A stretch of DNA of 63,746 nt, counting the filler, from Craspedostauros australis (Eukaryota): NCBI GenBank assembly GCA_030167865.1. It is 16 parts of 16 records of this genome, joined end to end, with 100 filler letters (N's around TTAATTAATTAA, not from the genome) between each part and the next. Parts side by side here need not be neighbours in the genome. Positions count along the whole stretch, not along the records: positions 1 to 5,844 come from JALAGF010006079.1; positions 5,945 to 9,413 come from JALAGF010006080.1; positions 9,514 to 12,274 come from JALAGF010006082.1; positions 12,375 to 16,947 come from JALAGF010006083.1; 12 more parts are not named here. One strand, given 5' to 3'. Shown here one piece after another: positions 1 to 12,753 of this stretch. The position numbers and the translations under genes were made by a program. The notes under the pieces are model-generated. The model saw nothing but the letters and a program-made list of their open reading frames with translations, ran no database searches and was not told where the DNA came from. Within the stretch, counting starts at the first letter, position 1. Each line of letters starts with the position of its first letter.

Positions 1-233
1 GGTACAACCAGCCACAACACACACGATATCACAGTATGCCACATGTGACTATGACACTGCACACCATGACACCTAATATCACACAAGAATATGAGATACA
101 ACACGCTCAACAGTCTCAACATGACAGTGCATGGATGCAGATGAGCTGCTGTGAACATTAGTCTTTGATTGCGTTGAAATGTCACTTTCTGAAATAACAC
201 GGTTGTTACCCTAAGGTTACAGGTTACTGTAAA

Positions 234-253
234 CCCTAACCCTAACCCTAACC
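234..253 (+). repeat. Three tandem CCCTAA telomere-type repeats
   Basis: ccctaa ccctaa ccctaa cc read directly; TTAGGG/CCCTAA is the known telomere repeat of model diatoms. Confidence 0.75.
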
Positions 254-2590
254 ATTGATACCAATTCATCACACATTAGCCCTTGATACAAGTTCATCAC
301 AAATTAACACCCTAGCCCTTGATACAAATTCATAACACCCTGACCCTTTTCATCACTCACAGCAAAACACACATTGGCTGATATCTATTCCTATACCCCA
401 CCCCCAACCACGCAACTAACTGCTGCAAATATTGCCGAAACTAGCCCTTGATACAAATTCATCACACATTAACACCCTAGCCCTTTATACAAGTTCATCA
501 CACATTAGCCCTTGATACAAATTCATAACACCCTAACCCTTACCGTCACTCATGGCACAACACACATTGGCCGATATCTATTCCTATACCCCATACCCTA
601 ACCCCAACCACACATACCCTAACTAACTCCTAACAGTATTGCCCAACCTAACCCTTGATACCAATTCATCGCACATTAACCCTTGATACAAATTCATCAG
701 CCATTCACCCTTGCCACAAGTTCAACATGCTGGAACCCTTTTCATCACTCACAGCACAACACACATTGGCCGATATCTATTACTATTCCTATACCCCACC
801 CCCAACCACGCAACTAACTGCTGCAAGTATTGCCCAAACTAACCCTTGATACCAATTCGTCACACATTAACACTCTAACAAATTCATCAGCCATTCACCC
901 TTGCCACAAGTTCAAAATGGTGGAACCCTTACCATCACTCACGGCACAACACACATTGGCCAATATCTATTCCTATACCCCACCCCCAACCACGCAACTA
1001 ACTGCTGCAAGTATTGCCCACCCAACCCTTGATACAAAATCATCACCCATTAACCCTTGATACAAATTCATCACCCATTAACCCATAATACAAAATGATC
1101 GCACATGAACACGCTAACACCCAAGCTCTTGCCATCATTAACGGCACAACACACATTGGCCGATATCCATTCCTATACCCCACCCCCAACCACGCAACTA
1201 ACTCCTAAAAGTATTGCCCAACCTAACCCTTGATACCAATTCATCACACATTAACACTCTAACAAATTCATCAGCCATTCACCCTTGATACAAATTCATC
1301 ACACCCTGACCCTTACCATCACTCACCATACAACACATATTGGCTGATATATATTCCTATACCCCACCCCCAACCACGCAACTAAGTGCTGAAATTATTG
1401 CCCAAACTAACCCTTGATACAAATTCATCACACATTAACACCCTAGCCCTTGATACAAATTCATCACAAATTAACCCTTGCTACAATTTCATAAAGCACC
1501 AACCCTTTTCATCACTCACCATACAACACACATTGGCCAAAATATATTCCTATACCCCACCCCCAACCACGCAACTAACTCCTAAAAGCATCGCCCAACC
1601 TAACCCTTGATACAAATTCATCAGCCTATTAACCCTTGATGCAAATTCATCACACATTAACCCTTGATACAAATTCATAACACCCTGACCCTTACCGTCA
1701 CTCATGGCACAACACACATTGGCCGATATCTATTACTATTCCTATACCCCATACCCTAACCCCAACCACGCAACTAACTCCTAAAAGTATTGCCCAAACT
1801 AACCCTTGATACCAATTCATCGCACATTAACACCCTAGCCCTTGATACAAATTCATCAGCCATTCACCCTCGCCACAAGTTCAAAATGCTGGAACCCTTT
1901 TGATCACTCACCATACAACACACATTGGCCAAAATATATTCCTATACCCCACCCCCAACCACGCAACTAACTCCTAAAAGCATCGCCCAACCTAACCCTT
2001 GATACAAATTCATAACACCCTGACCCTTACCGTCACTCATGGCACAACACACATTGGCCGATATCTATTACTATTCCTATACCCCATACCCTAACCCCAA
2101 CCACGCATACCCTAGCTAACTCCTAAAAGTATTGCCCAAGCTAACCCTTGATACCAATTCATCGCACATTAACACCCTAACAAATTCATCAGCCATTCAC
2201 CCTTGCCACAAATTCATCACATACTAACCCTTGATACAAATTAATCACACATTAACACCCTAACACCCTGACCCTTGATACATATTCATAACACCCTGAC
2301 CCTTACCATCACTCACGGCACAACGAAAATTAGCTGATATCTATTCCTATACCCCATACCCTAACCCCAACCACACAACTAACTCCTAACAGTATCGCCC
2401 AACCTAACCCTTGGTACATATTCATCACACAGCAACCCTTGCTACAAGTTCATAAAGCACCGACCCCTTTCATCACTCACCATACAACACATATTGGCCA
2501 ATATCTATTCCTATACCCCACCCCCAACCACGCATACCCTAACTAACTCCTAAAAGCATCGCCCAACCTAACCCTTGATACAAATTCATC
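254..2590 (+). repeat. Degenerate ~190-bp C/A-rich satellite (about 12 units) with an internal ~28-bp subrepeat
   Basis: Marker cacacattgg..atat.tattcctatacccca recurs near 368, 562, 760, 951, 1150, 1335, 1527, 1714, 1919, 2049, 2325 and 2488; subrepeat aacccttgatacaaattcatcacacatt is interspersed. Confidence 0.9.
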
Positions 2591-2968
2591 ACACACTCAC
2601 ACACACATACATGTGCTCACTCACACCCACACTCACACCCACACTAACACCCACACTAACACCCACACTAACACCCACACTCACACACACATACATGTGC
2701 TCACTCACACCCACACTCACACCCACACTCACACCCACACTCACACCCACACTAACACCCACACTAACACCCACACTAACACNNNNNNNNNNNNNNNNNN
2801 NNNNNNNNNNNNNNNNNNNNNNNNNNNNNNNNCCACACTCACACCCACACTCACACCCACACTCACACCCACACTAACACCCACACTAACACCCACACTA
2901 ACACCCACACTAACACCCACACTAACACCCACACTAACACAAACACTCACACAAACACTCACACACAC
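2591..2968 (+). repeat. 12-bp tandem array (ACCCACACTAAC / ACCCACACTCAC), spans an N gap
   Basis: Direct reading; produces the spurious TPTL-repeat ORFs. Confidence 0.92.
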
Positions 2969-2999
2969 AGTTGGAACACACTGCGGAGCGGCTGACACA

Positions 3000-5480
3000 C
3001 TATCAATACAACTCCATTTGCCATACACAACTCACACACCCAAAATGGAATGCACAGCAACTGCCATCACTCACCACACAGCACCCACTTGCAGTCACAC
3101 TTCCAGCTTCTCTCTTAACACCTCTGATTGCAGTAGTCACACATCCAACATCCCATACACACACCCCATGGCACATGTAATACACCACATCCATGTTACA
3201 TGTGGTTGGCAACTCCATGATGCTCATTGTTACCGTCACACTCAAAGATGGATCATGATGGACCATGATGGATCACAAAATCACATGCTTGCAGATACAA
3301 TGCTAACCCTAACGGCTAACCCTAACTCTCACAAGACGATCAACTGCAATAATCACGCATCCAACATCACTCGCACATGCCCCATGGTACGCACAATACA
3401 CAATACACCACATCCATATCACATGTGGCTGGCAACTACAAGATGCTCATTGTTACCGTCACACTCAAAGATGGACCATGATGGATCACAACACCCTAAC
3501 ATCTCAAACTTTGCTGATACTTCCGTCCCCTCTCACAACATCATCAACAACAATACCACCACATCCTACAACGATCGCACAGGTTACAAAGGACGCACAA
3601 TACGTCACATCCGTATCACTTATGGCTGGCAATGCCTTGATGCTCGTTGACATGCTCAAATGTGGATCATGGTGGAGCATGAATTCTCACAGTTGCTGTC
3701 ACTTCTGGCCCCTCTCACAACACCATCAGCTTCGATACTTGCACATCCCACAATGCTCACACACGCCCCATGGCACGTACAATACACAATACACCACATC
3801 CATATCACATGCAGTCGGCAACGGCATGATGCTCGTTGTCACTGTAACAGTAACACTCAAAGATGAACCAAGACGGCTCACAAAATCACATACTTGCAAA
3901 TATTTCCAGTCCCTCTCTCAACACGATCAACTGCAATAATCGCACATCCAACATCACTCGCACATGTTTGATGGCACGCACAATACACAATACACCACAT
4001 CCGTATCACATGCAGTCGGCAACTCAAAGATACTCGTTGTTACCTTCACACTCAAAGATGGATCATGGTGGAGCACAATTTCTCACACATGCTGTCATTT
4101 ACGGTCCCTCTGCAAACACCATCTAATGCAATGCAATGCATCACACATTCAACATTGTCTATTGTATGCACACGCTCCATAGCTATAGCACGTACAGCGT
4201 ACAATACAACACATCTGTATTGCATCTATCCGGCAACTCCACGATGTTCGGTGTCACACTCAAAAGATGGACCATGATGGATCACAAAATCACATACCTG
4301 CAGATACAATGCTTCCGGCTAACCCTAACTCTCTCAACAACACCAACAACGATACTCGCACATCCAACGTCGCATACACACGCCCCATGGCACGCACAAC
4401 ACACAACACACCACATCCGTACCACATGTGGCTGGCAACTCCAGGATCTTCAGTTTTGCACACAAACCTGGACCATAATGCATAATGGATCACAATAATG
4501 TCTCACACTTGCACACATTTCCAGATCCTCTCTCACCACCACCAATTGCAGTAATGGCACAACCATCAATGCTCGCACACGCCCCATAACACTCATGGCA
4601 CGATACAAGCATGGCACATGCATCCGGCTACTCAATTATATTCATTGTCACACTCAAAGGTGGACCATAATGCATAATGGATCAGAATAATATCTCACAC
4701 TTGCACACATTTTCAGATCCTCTCTCACCACCACCAATTGCAGTGATGGCACAACCAACAACGCTCACACACGCCCCATAACACTCATGGCACGATACAA
4801 GTGTGGAACATGCGGCCAGCAACTCAGTGATGCTTGTTGTTACTGTCACACTCAAAAGATGGACCATGGTGGATGATGGATCATGAAGTCTCACAATTGC
4901 AGTCACTTCCGGCCCATGGCTCAACACCATCAACAGCAATACTTTACACATCCAACAACAGCCGCACTCGCCCATACCACGCATGACATAGCCCAAGTGT
5001 ATCACATGCGGCCAGCCACCCCAACATGCTCATTGTTACACTCAAAGATGGATCATGATGGATCATGTTGGATCACAATAATATCTCACACTTGCACTCA
5101 CTTCCAGCCCATATCTCAACACCTCCAACTGCAGTAATCACACATCCAACAACGCTCATACACACTCCAAAGCTACCTTGACATGGACCAAGTGTATCAC
5201 ATGCGGTCGGATACTCCATGATGCTCGTTGTCACACTCCAAAGTGGACCATGTTGGATCACAAAACCCCAACACCCCAACATCCCACACTTGCACACATT
5301 TCCGGATAGTCTCTCACCACTGCCTATTGCGGTAATCACACATCCAACAACGTTCATACACACCCCATAACACTCATGACATGATACACGTGTGGCACAT
5401 GCGGTTGGCTACTCCATGATACTCATTATCAGACTCAAAGATGGACCATGTTGGATCACACTTGCAGTCACTTCCAGCCC
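3000..5480 (+). repeat. Second, more diverged ~200-bp satellite (about 12 units)
   Basis: Marker cactcaaagatggaccatgatggatcaca recurs near 3238, 3462, 3653, 3854, 4048, 4257, 4465, 4650, 4848, 5039, 5233 and 5433. Confidence 0.85.
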
Positions 5481-5888
5481 CTCACTCACTGGCCAACACA
5501 CACACACAGACAGCACACAGACAGTGCACACACACTGATCACACGGTTCCCTACAAGCTTGAATGGCCAAATCACAACACACTGCCCATACACTGTTCAC
5601 ACACTGCTCACAACAAGGAAATGCACAAAAACCCAAGATACAGCATCACTAATAACCCATAACCCTCAATACACGAGTAGCAAAGGCACACAAGACACAC
5701 AAAGCATGCACAGAGACAAGGCCATGACACAACATGTCACCAACTGCTCACTACACACCCATGCATGATAACCAAACACACAAAACCAAAGCAATTTCCA
5801 GGACCCATCATACACTAAGACACTGCTCACTACAGGCCAAAGCANNNNNNNNNNNNNNNNNNNNNNNNNNNNNNNNNNNNNNNNNNNN

Positions 5889-5900
5889 TTAATTAATTAA
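5889..5900. other. Artificial scaffold linker TTAATTAATTAA in N-runs (first of 15; others start at 9458, 12319, 16992, 23699, 27902, 30270, 31969, 36793, 45537, 47868, 51659, 54598, 57168, 60514)
   Basis: Identical 12-mer with stops in all six frames, always centred in a ~100-nt N block. Confidence 0.98.
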
Positions 5901-5944
5901 NNNNNNNNNNNNNNNNNNNNNNNNNNNNNNNNNNNNNNNNNNNN

Positions 5945-6360
5945 TCTGGTACCCCGAGTGATGCTCAAAGGTACCATCGTGAGCACGATGTCGTTTGTGT
6001 GGCGGAGACCTTCTGCCATAGTACGGTGCTCCTCCAAGTGCACGATTCATGGTGCGAAGGGGACGATTCCAGGTAGTTCGGTCTGTATGTGTGAAAGTAG
6101 ATGGCTGTGCTGGTGGTGGTGGTGTGTGCTTGTGATTGTCTGTTGTTGCTGCTGGTGTTGCTGTTGGTGATGAATCATGCATCGATCATCTCTAGCATTG
6201 TCCCAAACGAAAGCACTCCAGATCACCAAGTATCCCACGCTTCCCGTGGAAGCTAGTGTTGTACTTGACCTCTCACCAACATCGTGACTGGGTATCTGTC
6301 AACGTGGAAGCTCATGACCAGAGAATCTGCCATGTTCGATGTGCCTGTTTGTCAGGGGGG
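5945..6360 (-). repeat. Reverse-complement duplicate of 36849-37265 (5' part of transposase copy B)
   Basis: ORFs 5889..6182(-) and 6047..6238(-) translate identically to the start of 37026..(+) and to 36970..37161(+). Confidence 0.95.
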
Positions 6361-8859
6361 GGAAAATCGATTGGTTGGGATAGCCAGCCCTGATCCGAGA
6401 ATGGATGGATGCGAGCAGTTACTCGTAACGGCAGACAAGGCCCTTAGCCAATCATATCGCTTGAAATACGTCAAGGTGAGGGGGAATTCCTAAATTCGAA
6501 GACAAAGTATNCAGTTGAACCGAAGACATATGCACCCAAATTNTGTCTCCAGAATNTCTCAGTGATATCAATTGGGGGCCACTGCAANCCGCCAATTCGC
6601 TGCTCCGTGGGCGAAAGCCTCGTGGAACAACACCACACAAACAGCCCAGCCGATGTCGCTCGCGTGCATGTCGGAAGGAGACGAAGGTGCAGCTCTCCAA
6701 TGGTGTGTCACACGAGGGTGACAACGAGAGAGCCAGAGACAACGAACAGCTTCTACACTCATCCTTGAGTGAGGTATCAGTCTGGTACATCANNNNNNNN
6801 NNNNNNNNNNNNNNNNNNNNNNNNNNNNNNNNNNNNNNNNNNGCTTGAAATACGTCAAGGTGAGGGGGAATTCCTAAATTCGAAGACAAAGTATCCAGTT
6901 GAACCGAAGACATATGCACCCAAATTATGTCTCCAGAATGTCTCAGTGATATCAATTGGGGGCCACTGCAAACCGCCAATTCGCTGCTCCGTGGGCGAAA
7001 GCCTCGTGGAACAACACCACACAAACAGCCCAGCCGATGTCGCTCGCGTGCATGTCGGAAGGAGACGAAGGTGCAGCTCTCCAATGGTGTNNCACACNAG
7101 GGTGACAACGAGAGAGCCAGAGACAACGAACAGCTTCTACACTCATCCTTGAGTGAGGTATCAGTCTGGTACATCAGCACTTGTCNTCTCTCGACACCAG
7201 TGGGAAGCAAAGTCGACATCTACAACACGAACGACACAACCAACTCCGTGTCAGCACGCCCTCAACTGTAGGTTCGTGCAGCGGCTACGGCGACCGTTTG
7301 CATCAGAGATGGAAAGAATGTCATCATCTCTGCGATTCAACGGGACCTCCCCTCACAGACCCAGACTTTCCACGCAGATCAGCANNNNNNNNNNNNNNNN
7401 NNNNNNNNNNNNNNNNNNNNNNNNNNNNNNNNNNNNNNNNNNNNNNNNNNNNNNNNNNNNNNNNNNNNNNNNNNNNNNNNNNNNNNNNNNNNNNNNNNNN
7501 NNNNNNNNNNNNNNNNNNNNNNGACGAGAACGCGCTAAGAGGATGATAGGAACCATGTGGCAACCGTCATCCTCATCTCCACTTTCTCTCTCTCTCTCTC
7601 TCTCTCACGCAATTCGCACTTCAGGAGCCGCTTTCCATCCTTCCAGCTCCCTTTTCGTGCTGGCGTCGAAACTTCCCCTTGGCTTGGTATCTATCAGAAA
7701 TCCGCATGTATCACCTCTTTGCAACATGCACACAGGGACGTGTGTGTACGACATGGTCGAATTCGGAATGCTACTCTGCGTGCCTGGACAAGCAAGTCGT
7801 GGCCCATGCCAGTTTGATCGGCGTCCTACAAGCGCGTCTACATAGACAAGTACTCTACGACCCCGAAAGTTCTACCAACTCGCGTGATGGACATGGTGCC
7901 ACATGGTACCATATGTCGGGAACAACGCCGACGAACCTCCATCGGACGCCTCAGAGGAGAAAGGAGAGGGCAACATTGACAACCTGTTGGGAAAATGACT
8001 TCAAGCAAGAAAATAAGCGTCAAGCGGATCGGAACAGCAAAGGCATTTCCTACGATACGTACCTATTACAATTATTTAGTGTACCACAATACCAGGTAGA
8101 TGCAACCAAGCCATTGTTACAGTAACAACATACAGATCTGGAATAATGTGCTGCAGTCTTCCACCAATCCTTCATGGACACATTCTGGGCGCATTGGTGT
8201 GCAGTGTCGTTGGTTGAATCAAAGGTGTGTTGTCCCCGTTTGCGGCAACCACACTGCGAACTGAAATGCTGCGCCACGGAAACGAACGGAAATGGAAACG
8301 ATGCCGTCGTCTCGTTTGGCANNNNNNNNNNNNNNNNNNNNNNNNNNNNNNNNNNNNNNNNNNNNNNNNNNGGAAACGATGCCGTCGTCTCGTTTGGCAC
8401 TCCTATGCATCAGATATAACGTCTGGCCGCGGACCATACGAATATAGGCTGATAATCCATGAAAAATGATTGGTGCAAAGGGTTCCACGTCAGTGTCGCG
8501 ATGATGTTTCCGTCGTCACAAGGCATGGGTACAGCGAATTGAAATGAAGGAAAATAACGTTAACGTTAAATATTGCAAGAAACGATAGATATTTTTGTCA
8601 ATGCAGTGTCAAATATGGTTGTAAGGCGTTAAATTCAAATCACCCAAAACACACAAGCTTCCAACAGCGGCAAGCAGCGAGTGCGTAGCAGCTTGGACGA
8701 CCCAGAAGTCATCGTTAATTCTAATGATGCATGCTTTAATCTCCCCAATGATATAGCTAGAACGAATACGGGTACAATAGATATGAGAAACCCATTGTGA
8801 ATAGCTAAGAACATGCTAGAATCATATGGACTAACGAGGTTAGACCCTCATGGACTGTT

Positions 8860-8930
8860 GGGGTTAGGGTTCTGGTTAGGGTTAGTACTGGGGTTAGGTT
8901 AAGGTTAAGGTTAGGGGGCTTGGGGTTCGG
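8860..8930 (+). repeat. Degenerate interstitial TTAGGG-like tract
   Basis: ggggttagggttctggttagggttagtactggggttaggttaaggttaaggttaggggg. Confidence 0.7.
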
Positions 8931-11900
8931 GATGCCACCACCAGGCAACATCAAATGAGCAGCGCACCGCTGTTCCGAAAGCCGAGCAAGTCGTGGAAAC
9001 CATGGGCGCCAATTCTGCAACGGACAATGACATGTCGTGTTGGACTAGCTTCCCACTTTTTCAAACACTGATTGTCGAACGNNNNNNNNNNNNNNNNNNN
9101 NNNNNNNNNCTCAAAAGTATCAAAACAGTGACGTCTGTACGTCGCCTCCAAATTAGTTGTAGCCTTACCTCAAAACTAAAATTAAAATAACTTCTGAACT
9201 AAAGGAGATAGGGGGGAGTCTTGAGGGTTGTGTAGGGTCCTCACATATAGGGCTATCGATGTGTGAAGTTTAAGAGGCAGCAATTTGGAATCATCGGGGA
9301 ATATCCATCGATCCTGTTGAACCCGGGTCGTATCTGATTTGGTTTTGTTCCACGCATGTTTCTACCAAAACACCACATCTCACGTCTGTCTGTCCACCGA
9401 CATCTGAAAAAGTNNNNNNNNNNNNNNNNNNNNNNNNNNNNNNNNNNNNNNNNNNNNTTAATTAATTAANNNNNNNNNNNNNNNNNNNNNNNNNNNNNNN
9501 NNNNNNNNNNNNNTCTGTCCGTTACCATCGAGCCAGTGTCAAGTTCATGCACGCGTTGTTGGAGAATGGCTGTCTGCTGCTTCGTGTTTCTTGGACGCGT
9601 GGAATGTCAGTGTGCCGCGCCTTTCCAACACACTGCGTGGGGAAGACGATGTCGTTGCAACATCCGACCAAAGTCGTACCTCCGTCGGATCATGTCATCT
9701 CAACAACCNACCTACGTCATCTGATGTCNGATCAATGTTTGACCAATGTAAGNNCAATGTTACCGTAAAGTATGACATTGCGGCGGCAGGGTTTTTCCAT
9801 GTTTCGAAGGCGCAACTTGCCACCCCCCTCTGCGATCACTTAGAATGATTAGTTCGCAACTATACACATAGAATGACCAAAGGAGGCCTCCCCTATCACG
9901 TAATGGCACTTTTGTTCCCATTAATATTATAGTTATCTCTACAGGGGGTGTCTAAATTGGTGTGATTAGCCTTACTCCTACCGAAAATGTCAATTACGTC
10001 ATTCACATGTCAGACATACATCATACCAATGTATGATGTTTGTCAGCTGATTGCATACTGACGTCGGATGTTGATCAGCTTGCTGTGCATGCTGGTCCGA
10101 CCAACGTCGTACGACGTCGACTGGACCTCATANNNNNNNNNNNNNNNNNNNNNNNNNNNNNNNNNNNNNNNNNNNGTGCGGAAACATGCCTACATACACA
10201 ACATCAACGAAGCAGCGATGTTCATCATCCTCGCGGTAGCAAACGAGTTGTTCTTGCGTGAGACATGTCCGTTCTGTTCCACACCAAGCAAGCACAACAA
10301 TTAATCATTCACATCTCGCCATCTCCGCAGCGGAGGATTCGCCACACACAAGTTTGAGCAGAAACTGGCATTCTCTTGCGGTTTGACATTCGACGGCAGT
10401 CATGGGGGCACCAACAGAAGAAAAAGTACTTTATCTTTACGACCAGGTAGTTTGCATTGTTTTCTGTCAATAGTCATAGGTCTGCAGTGGTGGGCGACCC
10501 CTGTTTGCGCATGTCATTTCGGCGCAGAACGGGGGTTGCTCAGGAAGACCTGAACTGCGCACGTGTCAACGAACTGGGCGCTATCATACCGATACCNGAA
10601 AGGGGGATGCGCGCAAGATCTATCATCCACAACATCACAAGCAACATCGATTACCAGACAGGTGTATCACCAGGCAACTACTTTTGCGGTACGACTGCGA
10701 ACGACCATGAGCAACACTCCTCTCTCCAACAATGCTGTACTCTAGACACGATTAATAGTATTCTGGTGAAGCGCAGTCATCTCACGAGACACAGCGATGA
10801 ACACGACAGCGGGCTGGTTCCTTCGCAACCACTGTTGTGTGCTTTGCAGTCCTCAGTCGCACAAGATGTTCCACCCGCAGGTGTCGTTGTTGCCTGTTTA
10901 CGTGGGCAACTCCGCTTCCGCAGGTGATGGCACCGTGGCGGTCACAGTGACATTCCCCCAACCACTGATGCAATGGCTGTTGTGTGGTTCACTCAAGAAT
11001 GAGACAAGCATTGTGCGGGTACGGTTTGACTTGACATTTCCTCTGTGTTGTGTCAAGACATTTTTTGTCCGGCAAAACCACGGTCCGATTGCATGACGTT
11101 TTGCGTTTCGCTCGATTTGCTTGCTCGATGGATTGTGGCACAGCATCATTCTACGCAATCATTGGTGCGGTGGCAATGTGCGTTCCGTCAGACATAGTAC
11201 AGTTGGCCACACAAAGAACTCCTATCAATCAACACATCGGATGATGATGGTGCTGTTGATGTTGTGGTGGAAATCATGAAACACATCCTACTTTGGTCAG
11301 CAGTTCGAAACCAGGAATCTGGGCTAAAACTGATTTTCATTGAACGGACAAACGAACATNNNNNNNNNNNNNNNNNNNNNNNNNNNNNNNNNNNNNNNNN
11401 NNNNNNNNNNNNNNNNNNNNNACTAAAGTACGATCAATGTGTATTCAAAATCGGACAATACGGCATAATGTCCGAAATACGGTGCGATATCCCAACAATA
11501 CCGCAACCTCCAAGATGCAATCCGTCCAGCAATTTGTTTGTTGAGAGAAGCGTCGTAGGTTTGGATGGTCGAACAAGTGGACAATGTGATGAACGAGGAT
11601 GTGAGAATGAGGGAGAACGAGAACGAAGGCTGCTGTTGCCGAGCGTGGTGGTGAAGTGGAGTGGCATGGCATGCCTTTGCCACATTGTGACATCGACGAA
11701 CCACCCATGAGAACAGTTCGCAGGTAGAGCACAGGACGATCCCAAGAGTGTGTAGGTGCCTGGCAAGCTGGGCCCAGAAACGACTCTTCATGCCAGTCAC
11801 AACGGCGCGTGGGCACCTGCCGCCTTGTGCCATGGTGTTGTTATGGCCATGATGCACACAAATGAACGTACCGTTGACTTCGTTCTGTTTCGGTTTTCGA

Positions 11901-12753
11901 TCAGTTGGTGGTGTGTTTCGGGATGGCCTTGGGTTTGTTTTGCTTGGAGTTAGGTGTTGTACAATAAGTTGTCGCTGCTGTTGCTGTTGCTGTTGCTGTT
12001 GTTATTGTGAGACAGTTGTTTTTATGAGATACGAAAAGGGATCCAACATCATCCGAAGTGAGTATGGATGCTTTCATGCGGAGAAGTATGTTCCGGTACA
12101 TGGGAAGAGGACGATGGCTCTGCACAACACGCCCTTGATAGACACCATGCCTCTCCTCCACGTTGGTTGCTGAGAGGCAGCGATCTTCGGTGGTCCTTGA
12201 GGGTTCTCCGAGCATACGGTGGCGTGGTTCAATTGCGTGCAGTGTCATTGTGAACAACAAAAACGGGAACAATCNNNNNNNNNNNNNNNNNNNNNNNNNN
12301 NNNNNNNNNNNNNNNNNNTTAATTAATTAANNNNNNNNNNNNNNNNNNNNNNNNNNNNNNNNNNNNNNNNNNNNAATGCGCAGTACTCGTAATGGCACAG
12401 GCTACATCAACTTGGTGAAGTATTTTATGATCAAGCAGTTAGACAACGACATATATATATTATAATAATAGAATATAACCCAGGTCAGTGAGTGGACCTG
12501 CCGTTGGTAAAGTAGAGTGGTACTTTTTCTTCGATTACAACCAAACTATGCATACCAACCTACTCAATATAGTCACCATAGCAACAGGAAAATTACCCAG
12601 AATCTCAAAGTCCATAGTTTAGGTTTTATGGACCTGTCAATGTGCTTATTTTTGGACTACTCCTAAACTGGGCGATAGACATCCGACAAGTTCGATCCAA
12701 AATAACGTGTTCGTGTTCTTGGTTTTGGCGAATTTGTTCACATTTTGAATTAA

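Noticed and set aside
254..5480. CRISPR array or coding repeats
   Set aside because: Whole units are degenerate copies with no unique spacers, no cas genes are present and the context is eukaryotic; the H/T/P-rich ORFs are by-products of C/A-rich sequence
6459..7176. Tandem duplications around ~50-N gaps (also near 8300, 16300, 26200, 28650, 35200, 56280)
   Set aside because: Near-identical overlaps on both sides of a fixed-size gap indicate unmerged contig ends or haplotypes
9514..12274. Genes in this scaffold
   Set aside because: Only short ORFs without recognisable motifs; possibly decayed TE, but no supportable call
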